Source: Acidobacteriota bacterium (GTDB taxonomy: Bacteria > Acidobacteriota > UBA890 > WLXD01). Taken from it: 64,000 bases of DNA. Position numbers and translations under genes: made by a program. Positions 14,946-25,276 of this stretch are shown piece after piece. The stretch covers positions 192,001-256,000 of the forward strand of contig CAXWPH010000011.1 of assembly GCA_963666055.2 (NCBI GenBank). Reading direction: 5' to 3'. The notes below the pieces were generated by a model. That model did no database searches and was not told the DNA's origin. It worked only from the letters and a program-made list of their open reading frames with translations. Positions within the stretch are counted from its first letter, which is position 1; the number at the start of each line of letters is the position of its first letter.

Positions 14946-15983
14946 CTACGCGCTCTCCACCAGCGGCAGCAGCCGCGCCAACGCTTCATCGACGGCCCGC
15001 GTCGTGATGTGCCGGTGGGTAACCAGCCGCACCGCACCGGCAGCGGTTGGCGTGCAGAGCACGCCTCTCTCCTGCGCCGCCTGGCAGAAAGCAGGCGCGG
15101 TCATGCCATCGACATCGAAGACCACGATGTTGGTGTCGACATGGCCGAAGGTCAACGAGACGTGCCCGGTCTGCAACAGTCCGTCGGCCAGACGACGGGC
15201 GCTGGCGTGATCCTCGGCCAATCGATCGATGCCGGATTCCAACGCCACGAGCGCCGCTGCGGCCACCACCCCGACCTGGCGCATGCCGCCGCCGAACATC
15301 TTGCGCACCCGCCTCGCCTCACGAATCAGATCAGCACCTCCTGCAAGCAGCGAGCCCACCGGCGCCGACAGGCCCTTCGACAGCGACACCATGACCGAGT
15401 CGAAATCAGCCGCCAGGTCCGCCGCGGGTCGTTCGGTGGCCACCGCCGCGTTGAACAAGCGCGCCCCGTCAAGATGTGCACGCAAACCCCGCTCCCGACA
15501 GACCGCGACGACCTCGCGGGCTATCTCGAGTGGGTACACCCTCCCTCCGGCCATGTTGTGCGTGTTTTCGAGCACGATCATCGTGCAGCGCGATTGATAG
15601 TAGGGGCGCGACACCAGGTGGGGCTCGACGTGGTGTGGGTGTAGCACGCCCGCCTCGCCGGCGATGGCACGCAGCTGCAGGCCCGAGAGCACCGCCGCCG
15701 CCCCGAGCTCCCAGTCGTGGCCATGCCCCGATGCCTCGATCAGCACCTCGTCACCCGGCCGCGTGTGCAGATGCGCCGCCACCTGGTTGGCCATCATGCC
15801 GGTGGGCATGAACAGGCTCGCCGGCTTGCCGAGCAAGTCGGCGCCGACCTCCTGCAGGCGCTCAACGGTGGGATCCTCACCGTAGACATCGTCGCCAACC
15901 TCGGCCGTCGCCATGGCGTGGCGCATGGCATCCGTGGGCTGCGTCACCGTGTCGCTGCGCAGATCGATAGGAGGCGAGGTCAT
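14946..15983 (-). CDS. ltaE: Low-specificity L-threonine aldolase
   Basis: [47 protein letters not shown]; start set at [11 protein letters not shown]. Confidence 0.93.
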   Translation of the reverse strand: MTSPPIDLRSDTVTQPTDAMRHAMATAEVGDDVYGEDPTVERLQEVGADLLGKPASLFMPTGMMANQVAAHLHTRPGDEVLIEASGHGHDWELGAAAVLSGLQLRAIAGEAGVLHPHHVEPHLVSRPYYQSRCTMIVLENTHNMAGGRVYPLEIAREVVAVCRERGLRAHLDGARLFNAAVATERPAADLAADFDSVMVSLSKGLSAPVGSLLAGGADLIREARRVRKMFGGGMRQVGVVAAAALVALESGIDRLAEDHASARRLADGLLQTGHVSLTFGHVDTNIVVFDVDGMTAPAFCQAAQERGVLCTPTAAGAVRLVTHRHITTRAVDEALARLLPLVESA

Positions 15984-15990
15984 CGGAGCA

Positions 15991-18811
15991 CTAGTCGTCG
16001 TCAAGAACTTCGCGTAGGTAGCGGGCGGTGTGCGATCCGTTGCAGGCGGCAACTTCTTCGGGGTGTACCCGACGCTACCAGCGAGCCGCCCCCGTCACCG
16101 CCCTCGGGGCCAAGGTCGATGACCCAGTCCGCCGCTTTGATGAGGTCGAGGTTGTGCTCGATGACGATGGCCGAGGCGCCGGTGTCGATCAGCCGGTTCA
16201 AGGCGAACAGTAGCTTGGCGATATCGTCGAAGTGCAGCCCGGTAGTGGGTTCGTCAAACAGGTAAAGCATCCCCTTGCCGCCACCCTGGAGCAGATGTGA
16301 CGCTAGCTTGACGCGCTGCGCCTCGCCGGCCGACAAGGTACTGGAAGGCTGCCCCAGGCGGAGGTACCCGAGACCGACGTCCTCCAGCGCCTTCAGCCGC
16401 GACTCCGCCTTGGGCAAATCGGCGAAGAACCGACGTGCCTCTCCGACGGTCAGTTGGAGCACGTCGTGGATATTCTTGCCACGCACGCGAATATCGAGTG
16501 TTTCGCGGCGGAAACGAGTGCCGCCGCACTCCTCGCAAGGCAGGTTGACGTCTGGAAGGAACTGCATCTCCACGAGAATCTGCCCGGCGCCCTCACACAC
16601 CTCGCAACGCCCCCCGGCGACGTTAAACGAGAAGTGCCCAGGCCTGTATCCACGCGCGCGCGCCGCGCGCGTCGCCGCGAAGAGCTTTCGGATAGGGTCG
16701 AATGCCTTTACGTAGGTCACCGGGTTCGATCTTGCGCTTCGACCGATCGGCGCCTGGTCGACCAGTACCGCCTGGCGAATCAATCCCGCCCCTTCGATGT
16801 CGTCGTGATCGCCTACCGCGCCGCTCCACTCCCCCAGGCGCCGAAGCAAGCCGGCGTGGAGGACGTCGTGAATAAGCGTGCTCTTGCCGGATCCCGAGAC
16901 CCCGGTGACGCAGCAAAGCACGCCGAGAGGGAATGTAACGTCGATGTTCTTGAGGTTGTGCTGCCGCGCACCGATGACCCGCAGCTCATGAAGGCGATGC
17001 CGCCGCAGCGCCGGCATCGGGACCCTGCGATCACCCGAAAGGTAGGCTGCGGTAACCGACTCGGTGGCGGTGTGGATCTTGCTTGGCTCGCCCGCGAACA
17101 CTACGCGGCCGCCGAGCACTCCTGCCCCGGGACCCATATCGATCAGGTGATCGGCACCCTCGATCATCTGGCGGTCGTGCTCCACCACCAAGACGGTATT
17201 TCCGAGATCGCGGAGACTTTCGAGGATCGAGATCAGCTGCTCGTTGTCGCGCGGGTGGAGTCCCACGCTAGGCTCGTCGAGCACGTACATAGATCCCACC
17301 AGCATTGAGCCGAGGCAGGTGGCAAGGCTTATTCGCTGCGCCTCTCCGCCCGACAAGGTACCGGTGAGGCGATCGAGAGTGAGGTAGTCGAGGCCCACTT
17401 CGATCAAGTAGCGGAGCCGCGCACGAATCTCTCGTAGGACCTGATCGACCACCACCGCGACGTGCACCGGTAGCTCCAGATCGCGGAAAAACGCGGCGAT
17501 CTCACCAATGCTCAGGCAGGAGATGTCGGGCAAGGTGCGGTGGTCGATATGAACGGCGTGGGCATCGATGCGAAGGCGCGTGCCCTGGCACGCTGGGCAG
17601 CTCACGTAGCCACGATATCGCGCCAGCAAGACGCGAACGTGGAGCTTGTGCTGCTTCTTGCGAAGTCCGGCGAAGAACCCGTGCACTCCAACGAACCCAT
17701 CACCGCCGTCGAGAATCGCGTCACGCTGCCCGGGCTCGAGATCGGCCCAAGCGACATCGAGTGGAATGCCACGCTCGGCAGCGAAGCCGCGCATCGAGCT
17801 TCGAATGCGATGTCTGCTCTCCTTGTTCCACGGCTCCACGGCTCCGTCGGCGAGACTCCTGCGGCGGTCGGGGATGACCTTGTCGAAATCGATCTCGATG
17901 ATGCTGCCGAACCCGTTGCACTCGGGGCAGGCGCCGTACGGATTGTTGAATGAGAATAGCCTGGGCTCCGGTCGAAGAAAGTCGCGGTCGCAATCGGCGC
18001 ACCGGTAGCGATCGTCGAAGGAGCGCAGCTCCAGCCGGTCATCAAGCTGGATCCAAACGCGCGCTCGGCCCTCGCCCTCGCGAAAGGCGACACCTACCGA
18101 GTCGAGCAGGCGCTCGTGCGACCGCTGGCGTAGATGCAGTCGGTCGACGATGATGTCGACCTCGTCGCCCCGCAGCTTCGACGCCAACTCCGGGAGCTGG
18201 GATGGTGCCAGCTCGCACACCGCACCGGCGACCAAGAGACGACGGAAACCCGACTTGAGCAGATGCTGGAGGAGTCCAAGGCGTGCTGCGTCATCTCGAG
18301 GTAGCGGGCGCGGACAGGCTATCAAGGCGCGCTGCTCCGCATGCTCCTCCAGCAACCGAGCGGCGACCTCTCCAGGCGCGTCGGCGCGCACCGCGTTGCC
18401 GCAGCTTGGGCAGATCGTCGTCCCAGCACGTGCAAACAGCAGCCGCAGATAGTCTTGGATCTCGGTGACCGTGCCTACGGTGGAGCGAGAGTTGCGCGGC
18501 GGCACCCTTTGCTGAATGGCGATGGCCGGACATACGCCACGAACTTCGTCCACCAACGGCTTGTCCATGCGCTCCAGAAACTGGCGCGCATAGGCGGATA
18601 GCGACTCCACATACCGTCGCTGGCCCTCGGCATAGACGGTGTCGAAGGCGAGGCTCGACTTACCGGATCCGGACACGCCTGTAACCACCACCAGGCGGCC
18701 GGCCGGGATCTCTACGTCAATGTTCTGCAGATTGTGGACGCGTGCGCCTCGGACGACGATCGGCTCACTCGCTGCCGTCGCGGACGTGCCCACCGTGGCT
18801 TCGACCCCCAT
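15991..18811 (-). CDS. uvrA: Excinuclease ABC subunit A; apparent one-base frameshift near the C-terminus
   Basis: Two GVSGSGKS Walker A motifs, [22 protein letters not shown], zinc fingers. Removing one base from GGGG 16060-16063 gives the canonical ending [18 protein letters not shown] and a stop at 15991. Confidence 0.95.
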
Positions 18812-19041
18812 GACCCCGCATTCTCCGAAGAGACCACCGCCGCGATTCTATTTCGCCCAACGGACAAGAGATCGATATTACCAGGCCGCAGCTCGCCTCA
18901 AGCCCCCTGCCACGGCTTCCCGATGCAGGCTTTGCGAAGCGTGCCGACTTGCACTTGCCGCACCGGTGGCGGAACGTTCGGCAGCGGCATCAGATCACGG
19001 CAACCGACGACCGTCTCCAGTCTGCGTGAGCGACGGACACG

Positions 19042-19620
19042 ATGAGCAACCAGCACGAGGGCGACGACGAGGCACGTCGCGACGACTACTTCCGGCAAAT
19101 CGAGCGGCACTTCGGCATACGCCGCGGCGGCCCGCTGCTGCTGTCGCCGCGCGACTGGCAGGTCGTCGAGCGCTGGCACGACCGTGGCATCCCGCTGGAT
19201 ACGGTGCTGCGAGGCATCAATCGCGCCTTCGACCGCTTCGACGCGGGCGCCTCGTCGAGAACGAAGGTGAACTCGCTGTCGTACTGCAAGCAGTGGGTCG
19301 AGGCGGCATGGGAGGAGCAACGCCGGCTCGGGATACTCCCGAACGCCGACACGGGTGGCGGCGGGGATCCGGCCGCCGATCACCTCGAAGGCGCCGCCAC
19401 TACCTGCCGGGCGGCCATCGAGACGACGCCGGAGCTTGCCGAAGCACTGGAGATCGCGGCGACCGCTCTCGGCCGTCTAGCAGTTGAAGCCAGCGCCCTC
19501 GGAGCCACCGAGCTCGACCGTCGAGCCAATGCCATCGAGGCCACGTTCCGCAACGCCGCCGAGGCACGGAGCGGACAGCGTACCCTCCGACTACCACGCT
19601 TTAGTCCCTGGACCGTGTGA
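19042..19620 (+). CDS. Hypothetical protein with DnaD-like helical motif
   Basis: [26 protein letters not shown]...[13 protein letters not shown]...VNSLSYC resembles the DnaD/DnaB_2 C-domain pattern; function is inference. Confidence 0.7.
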   Translation: MSNQHEGDDEARRDDYFRQIERHFGIRRGGPLLLSPRDWQVVERWHDRGIPLDTVLRGINRAFDRFDAGASSRTKVNSLSYCKQWVEAAWEEQRRLGILPNADTGGGGDPAADHLEGAATTCRAAIETTPELAEALEIAATALGRLAVEASALGATELDRRANAIEATFRNAAEARSGQRTLRLPRFSPWTV

Positions 19621-19651
19621 CCGCTGGCCTGCCGTTGCCCGTGTCGCGACG

Positions 19652-21964
19652 GTGGTTACATGGAGCGGCGCCAGCTCCTGGGCCAACGCCGTCGCCCCAG
19701 GCCAGCTCGAGAGTGTTCCGTGGTCGAGCGCCGCCTCGGTGCTCGCCAGCCGTGTGCTCTGGGTCGCCGCCGGGCGCGTCAAACAACCGCAGGGGGCGAT
19801 CGCCATCCTGGTCGTCGCCGCGCTATTGGGAGGGGTCGCGGGCAGTAGCGCCTCCCGGCCAGGCTCTCTGCGTTACCTGGCCGAGCACGACGGCGGCCTA
19901 GATGGGCCTTGGAGAATCCAAGGCCGTGTCGTCCGGGAGCCGACGGCGGCGGCGCGCGGATCGACGCTGACCGTCGACGTGGATCGCGTATGGCTAGAGC
20001 AGCGGTGGCAGTTGCTTCACGGACGAGTCGAGCTGCAGATCCCCGAAGCCCCACCACGGCCCAACTGGTACTCCGGAACACGGTTGGAAGCCTGGCTGCG
20101 ACTGCAGCCCGACCGCCCGCCGGCAAATCCGGCGCGTGCGACGACCGACCGTCTACGACTGCGCGGCATTGATCTGCGCGCGCGATTGAAGAGCTACGGC
20201 CAGCTACGGATGCGCGCACCACCGGCGTCGTACCTAGCGACCCTACCCGGACGAGCTCGCGATTTCGTCCGCGCGCAAATCGCGGCGACCTTCCGGCGCC
20301 ACCCGAATCTGGTGCGCGCGTTACTGCTCGGTGAACGACGCGACCTCGATGAGACCCTGCTGCAAGACATGGCGCGTAGCGGGCTGATCCATCTGCTAGC
20401 CATATCCGGGCTGCACGTTGGGCTGCTCGCGATGGCACCGATGGCAGCCCTTCGGGTGCTGGGCCGCTCGCCGCGGGCGGGCTGGTGTGCGGCGCTCGGC
20501 GCCACCCTGCTGCTCGTATTCTTGGTAGAGCCGCGGGCGCCAATCCGGCGCGCCGCGACGATGACCGCGTGCCTGCTCGCAGGTCGCCTGGCGGGGCGGC
20601 GGATCGCGTCCACCGACGCACTTGGCTTCGCCATCCTGGTCATCGTCGCCGTCGATCCCGTCGCACCGGAGCAGTTCGGCTTCCAACTGAGTGTTGCCGC
20701 AACCGCGGCGATCGTCCTGGCCGGCCACCGTAGCGAATCGCTGCTCGCCCGCATGTTCGGCACCAGCCTGGCGGCTAACAGCGCGGTGGCGCCCCTGCTA
20801 GCGATAAAGACCGGTACCGTTCCGGTCGCCGGACTGCTGCTCAACGTCGTTGCCATCCCGGCCGTTTCTGCTGCCTTGGTGCTCGCGGTGGTCGCGCTGA
20901 TGGCTGCGGCAAGCGGCCTGGTGGCGCTTCCGAGCGGCCTGTCGGCCGGTGCTGAAGCGATGCTCGACGTCGTGCTGGCGTGTTCGCGAGCGTCTGCTTC
21001 CCTGGGAATGGGTCCGGTCGCCCTCGCGTCGGCCAGCACCGCGTCAGGGCTGTTGTACGGCCTCGGCATGATCGTTGCCATGCGCGCCCGCCGCCGGCGG
21101 CGCATCATGGGCTTGCTATCGATGGTCGTCGCCGGCGGCCTCGCACTCCAATCGCCGCACCAGCCAGCGTACCCGCGCCTGCTCGCCCTCGACGTGGGAC
21201 AAGGCGACGCCCTGCTTCTGGTCTCGGCCGACGGAGCGGTGCTGGTCGACGCCGGCGGCTACCCGGGCATCGATTACGACACCGGCTACCGCATCGTCGA
21301 GCCGGAATTGCGTCGCCTCGGCATCGGCCGCCTCGAAGCGTTAGCGATCACCCACGACCACGCCGACCATATCGGCGGAGTACCGACGATCCTGCGCCAC
21401 TTTCGAGTCGCTGAGTTGTGGCTAGGTGCAACCCCGGTCGAGTCCGAGACCGCAGCCCGCGTATTCGAGCTGGCTTGGGCGCGCCACACCGCCGTGCTCA
21501 CTCCCACCGCCCTCGAACGGTCGATCGCCGGCTGCCGTTGGCGCAGCTTTCCGGCCCCAGGCAACCAACTGCGAGCCAGCGCCGGCTCCGTGAAGAACGA
21601 GGCTTCGCTAGTTCTCGTAGCGACCTGCGGGACCAAGCAGATGCTGCTCACCGGAGACGCCGGTACCGCATCGGAGAGGAACTGGGACCTTACGCGCATG
21701 GCAGGCGCTTTCCTGAAGGTCGGACATCACGGCAGCGCCAGCGCCACCTCGGACAGGTTCCTGAGCCGCCTGCGGCCACGCCACGCGGTGGTGTCGGTGG
21801 GCGCTGCCAACCCCTGGTCACTGCCGCGTTCGAGCGTGCTAGCACGACTGAGAGCACATCGCACAGCGGTGTACCGCACAGACCGTGACGGAGCACTTAC
21901 CGTCGAGTTCGGAGCGCGGGTGCGGGTAAGAGGCGAGCGATGGCGCAGCGGCTCCGGGGACTGA
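19652..21964 (+). CDS. comEC: DNA internalization competence protein ComEC/Rec2
   Basis: ALLLGER, GLIHLLAISGLHVG, GFQLS, LDVGQGDA, THDHADHIGG, KVGHHGS, YRTDRDGA; start uncertain (ORF open from 19484). Confidence 0.9.
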   Translation: MVTWSGASSWANAVAPGQLESVPWSSAASVLASRVLWVAAGRVKQPQGAIAILVVAALLGGVAGSSASRPGSLRYLAEHDGGLDGPWRIQGRVVREPTAAARGSTLTVDVDRVWLEQRWQLLHGRVELQIPEAPPRPNWYSGTRLEAWLRLQPDRPPANPARATTDRLRLRGIDLRARLKSYGQLRMRAPPASYLATLPGRARDFVRAQIAATFRRHPNLVRALLLGERRDLDETLLQDMARSGLIHLLAISGLHVGLLAMAPMAALRVLGRSPRAGWCAALGATLLLVFLVEPRAPIRRAATMTACLLAGRLAGRRIASTDALGFAILVIVAVDPVAPEQFGFQLSVAATAAIVLAGHRSESLLARMFGTSLAANSAVAPLLAIKTGTVPVAGLLLNVVAIPAVSAALVLAVVALMAAASGLVALPSGLSAGAEAMLDVVLACSRASASLGMGPVALASASTASGLLYGLGMIVAMRARRRRRIMGLLSMVVAGGLALQSPHQPAYPRLLALDVGQGDALLLVSADGAVLVDAGGYPGIDYDTGYRIVEPELRRLGIGRLEALAITHDHADHIGGVPTILRHFRVAELWLGATPVESETAARVFELAWARHTAVLTPTALERSIAGCRWRSFPAPGNQLRASAGSVKNEASLVLVATCGTKQMLLTGDAGTASERNWDLTRMAGAFLKVGHHGSASATSDRFLSRLRPRHAVVSVGAANPWSLPRSSVLARLRAHRTAVYRTDRDGALTVEFGARVRVRGERWRSGSGD

Positions 21965-21981
21965 ACGGCGCTAGCGACTGG

Positions 21982-22566
21982 TTAGCAGGCGTCGTCGTGC
22001 GGATCGAAGCAGTGACGGCAGCGGGCCTCGTATACATCCGATGCACCCACCACGACGCGCTGCTTGCTGGCGGTCAGGCGCTGCGAGAAGTTGGCGGGGC
22101 GTCCGCATCGCATGCAGATCGCGAGGGTCTTGGTGATGTACTCGGCAATCGCCAGCAACGCCGGTATAGGCTGGAAGGGCTCGCCGCGGTAGTCCTTGTC
22201 GAGCCCAGCCACGATGACGCGATGCTCCTCGGCGGCAAGGCGTTGGCAGACCTCGACGAGCCCGTCGTCGAAGAACTGTGCCTCATCCACGCCGACCACC
22301 TGCGTGTCGGCGCGAACACTCGCGTACAGCTCCGTGGAGTCACGGACGCGGGCGCTGGGCAGTTTTTGCCGGTTGTGCGACACGATGTGATCATTGTCGA
22401 AACGATCGTCGACTCGCGGCTTGAAAACCTGCACTATCTGTTTGGCGATCTGAGCTCGCCGGAGGCGGCGAATCAACTCCTCGCTCTTGCCGGAGAACAT
22501 GCTGCCGCAGATCACCTCGATTGTTCCGAACTCGTGATGCGGTGCTCTCGGCTCGAGTCGTGCCAT
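21982..22566 (-). CDS. tdk: Thymidine kinase
   Basis: CGSMFSGKSEEL, DEAQFF, AGLDKDYRGEPF, YEARCRHC. Confidence 0.96.
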   Translation of the reverse strand: MARLEPRAPHHEFGTIEVICGSMFSGKSEELIRRLRRAQIAKQIVQVFKPRVDDRFDNDHIVSHNRQKLPSARVRDSTELYASVRADTQVVGVDEAQFFDDGLVEVCQRLAAEEHRVIVAGLDKDYRGEPFQPIPALLAIAEYITKTLAICMRCGRPANFSQRLTASKQRVVVGASDVYEARCRHCFDPHDDAC

Positions 22567-22671
22567 TGCCCTACCCTGATCTCGGCGCCAAGCGGCCGGC
22601 GCCCAGGTCGCTGCCGCGGCGGAACCACGGGCTGCTAGAATTCGTTCCCCCGCATCCACTCCCAGCGTGCC

Positions 22672-23427
22672 ATGACGACCGAATCCGCGACCGAGCCCGA
22701 GCCGGACGACGACTCCCCGCTACGTACGCTGCTGGCGGGTATGGACCGTGCCCGCAAGCTTACCGTCTGGTCACTCCTGGCGTTGGCGATCGGCACGTCG
22801 TTGGCGTGGACTTGGTCGCGCGAGATATACCAGTTCCTGGCGAGCCCGCTCACCGACGCGCTCGCCGTACGCGGCCACGATCCGCGACTGACGTTCACTG
22901 GGCTAACCGACCCGTTCGTGCTGTACTTCACCGTTTCGTTGTCGACCGGCCTGGTATTCGCGATCCCGGCGCTGGCTCTACAGCTCTATGTGGTCGTGGC
23001 GCCGCGCGTCCGGCTGCGCTCCGCGGTCGCCATCGCAGGCTTTGTGCTGACCGCCTGCGCGCTGTTCCTCGCCGGGCTCAGCTTCGCGTATTTCATCCTG
23101 ATTCCCTTCGCTGTGAGCTACCTGCTCGATGTCGGCGAGGAGTTCGCACACGCCATCACAATCCGCGATTTTCTGCGCTTTACTGTGCGCCTTCTGCTAG
23201 CCATGGGACTCGGCGCGCAGCTCCCGCTGATTATCTTCAGCGCCTCACGCGTTGGGCTGGTGAACGCACGCGGCCTGCTGCGATGGTTCCCCTACGCGGT
23301 GCTGATAGCCTTCGTCCTGGCAGCGATGCTGACACCGCCCGACGGGATGAGTCAGTTCCTGGTGGCCGTTCCGTTGCTGGTGTTGTACCTGGTCGGCGTG
23401 GTGGTGGCGGCGATCGCCGGACGTTAG
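22672..23427 (+). CDS. tatC: Twin-arginine translocase subunit TatC
   Basis: Multiple TM segments, L.FTGLTDPF, F.YF.LIP, AAMLTPPD..SQ.L.AVPL..LY. Confidence 0.88.
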   Translation: MTTESATEPEPDDDSPLRTLLAGMDRARKLTVWSLLALAIGTSLAWTWSREIYQFLASPLTDALAVRGHDPRLTFTGLTDPFVLYFTVSLSTGLVFAIPALALQLYVVVAPRVRLRSAVAIAGFVLTACALFLAGLSFAYFILIPFAVSYLLDVGEEFAHAITIRDFLRFTVRLLLAMGLGAQLPLIIFSASRVGLVNARGLLRWFPYAVLIAFVLAAMLTPPDGMSQFLVAVPLLVLYLVGVVVAAIAGR

Positions 23428-24236
23428 TGTGCCTCGCCCTCCTTCACGCGCCGCCACTCAGCCTCGAGCTCGCCGCGCGTCGCGCCGATTCGCTCATCGC
23501 CGACAGCTGCTTCCAGTTGCCGAAACCGACGCTCGAACTTACTGCTGGCATCGTTGAGCGCGACCTCGGCCGAGTGCCCCAGATGACGGGCGAGGCTGGA
23601 CAGGGTCAGCAACAGGTCGCCGAGTTCTTCTTCGGCGCCGGGCGCGATACTCTGCTCCAGTGCAGACGACAGCTCATCGAGCTGCTCACGCGCCTTGTCG
23701 ACGACATCCGCCACTGAGGCCCAGTCGAACGACATCTGCGCGGCGCGCTTTCCAAGCTTCTGGGCGCGCTCCAGAGCCGGAAGTGCTCGCGGCACGTCGT
23801 CGAGCAATGACCCGGCACCGCGCTCCTGGCGCTTGATCGTCTCCCAGTTGCGCAGCACCGCTGCCGCGTCGTCGACTCGGACGTCGCCGAATACATGCGG
23901 GTGGCGTCGCACCAGCTTGCTGCTGATCGCTTCGATGGCATCGACGATCGTGAAGCTCCCCTCCTCCGCACTGATCTGTGACAGAAAAACGATCTGCAGC
24001 AACAGATCCCCGAGCTCCGCGCTGAGCACCCTCGGGTCGCCGTCATCGATCGCCTGCACCACCTCGTAGGCCTCCTCGAGCGTGTAGCGCCGCAGGGTGG
24101 AGAGATCCTGCTCACGATCCCAAGGACACCCGTCAGGACCGCGCAGCCGACGCATGATGCCAACCAGACGGGAAAAAGCCTCGCCCGCTAGGCGGTCATG
24201 TGACTCGCCTTTGCCCCGATCTTCCCCTTCGACCAT
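23424..24236 (-). CDS. mazG: Nucleoside triphosphate pyrophosphohydrolase MazG
   Basis: LRGPDGCPWDREQ, EEAYEV, ELGDLLLQ, KLVRRHPHVF, second EEELGDLL. Confidence 0.95.
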   Translation of the reverse strand: MVEGEDRGKGESHDRLAGEAFSRLVGIMRRLRGPDGCPWDREQDLSTLRRYTLEEAYEVVQAIDDGDPRVLSAELGDLLLQIVFLSQISAEEGSFTIVDAIEAISSKLVRRHPHVFGDVRVDDAAAVLRNWETIKRQERGAGSLLDDVPRALPALERAQKLGKRAAQMSFDWASVADVVDKAREQLDELSSALEQSIAPGAEEELGDLLLTLSSLARHLGHSAEVALNDASSKFERRFRQLEAAVGDERIGATRGELEAEWRRVKEGEAH

Positions 24237-24307
24237 GGACGCAGTCTATTGCTCGCAAGTGCCGACCGCGCCGCGACGCTGCCCGTCGATGCCGTCTTTG
24301 GAGAGCC

Positions 24308-24422
24308 CTAGCAGGCCGAGGTGGAAGCGTGGCCGGCCTGGTCGCGACCCGTTGAGGCCAGTTGCCTCCGCCTCGCAAGACCCTGTCGCCAGGTCCGGCA
24401 CGCTTCCACCTCGGCCTGCTAG
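24308..24422. mobile_element. Variant MITE-like copy (115 bp) with co-varied termini
   Basis: CTAGCAGGCCGAGGTGGAAGCGTG...CACGCTTCCACCTCGGCCTGCTAG; shares the internal TCGCAAGACCCTGTCGCCAG with the other copies. Confidence 0.8.
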
Positions 24423-24454
24423 AGTCACATGTACTACCTGCTAGACTCGTGCCC

Positions 24455-24997
24455 ATGAACGACAACGACTTGCTAGACGGTCAGCGGCCGAAGATCAAGG
24501 TCATCGACCGGCGGTTGTTCGATAGCGACGGCAACCTGCGCGATGAAGCTCCGTCGCCTCCGTCAGACGCCCCGACAACCGAGCCCGCCGGCGCCGCTGA
24601 GCCGGCGCCTGCCGGGGACTTGATCGAGTCCACCGACGCGTCAGCCGACGATGCCCCGAGCAGTGCACCGTCGGAGGTCGAGGACGTCGCCACCGCGGGC
24701 GACAGCGACGCGACGCCGAAAACCGCGCCGAAGCTCAAACTCAACGACCAGGCAATGCTCAAGTTCATCGAGGAGCAGTATGTCGGCGGGCTCCTCGCTC
24801 TGGGGGCCATGCCGGAGCCACAGAGCGGTCAAATGGTCGAAGATCTCGACCTGGCGCGCCTGCGCGTCGAGGTTTTGGGATTGCTGCAGGAAAGCACCGA
24901 AGGCGGGCGCTCCGACGACACCAGCAAGGCCCTCGAGGACGTGCTCTACCAGCTGCGCATGGCCTACTTGCAGAAACGCAAGGTGGCCAAACTCTAG
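24455..24997 (+). CDS. DUF1844-like protein
   Basis: IKVIDRR N-terminus, acidic linker, LG..P.P.SG....DL..AR...LGLLQE.T.G...LEDVLYQLRMAY. Confidence 0.75.
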   Translation: MNDNDLLDGQRPKIKVIDRRLFDSDGNLRDEAPSPPSDAPTTEPAGAAEPAPAGDLIESTDASADDAPSSAPSEVEDVATAGDSDATPKTAPKLKLNDQAMLKFIEEQYVGGLLALGAMPEPQSGQMVEDLDLARLRVEVLGLLQESTEGGRSDDTSKALEDVLYQLRMAYLQKRKVAKL

Positions 24998-25138
24998 CGC
25001 GCTCGCCTGAGCATCGCTATCGAGTCGGAAAGTATTTTCTGATCACCAGCACGCCGCGTTGCTCAGCACAGCGTGCTTTCCGCATAGTTACGCGACCGCA
25101 ATTGGCGCACCGCAGTGAAGCTGCCCGGCACAATTAAG

Positions 25139-25167
25139 TTGACGATACCTAACTAAGGTTTTATACT
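25139..25167 (+). promoter_or_regulatory. Sigma70-type promoter of the dnaK operon, with possible HspR operator
   Basis: TTGACG (25139-44), 17 nt, TATACT (25162-67) in an AT-rich patch; CTAACTAA repeated 24 bp apart; only a partial HAIR-like match. Confidence 0.75.
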
Positions 25168-25276
25168 TTTATCTAACTAAACTGCATAAAGGCCCGGCTT
25201 GTCACGAACACCGGCAGCCGGGGAACCGAAACCTCTCTGGGACCCCGTTGAAAGGGGCCTCGATCAGGAGCTCGAC

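Noticed and set aside
22624-22641. ACCACGGGCTGCTAG resembling the element's right end
   Set aside because: It has no partner end and is equally explained as the extended -10 box (TGCTAGAAT) of tatC.
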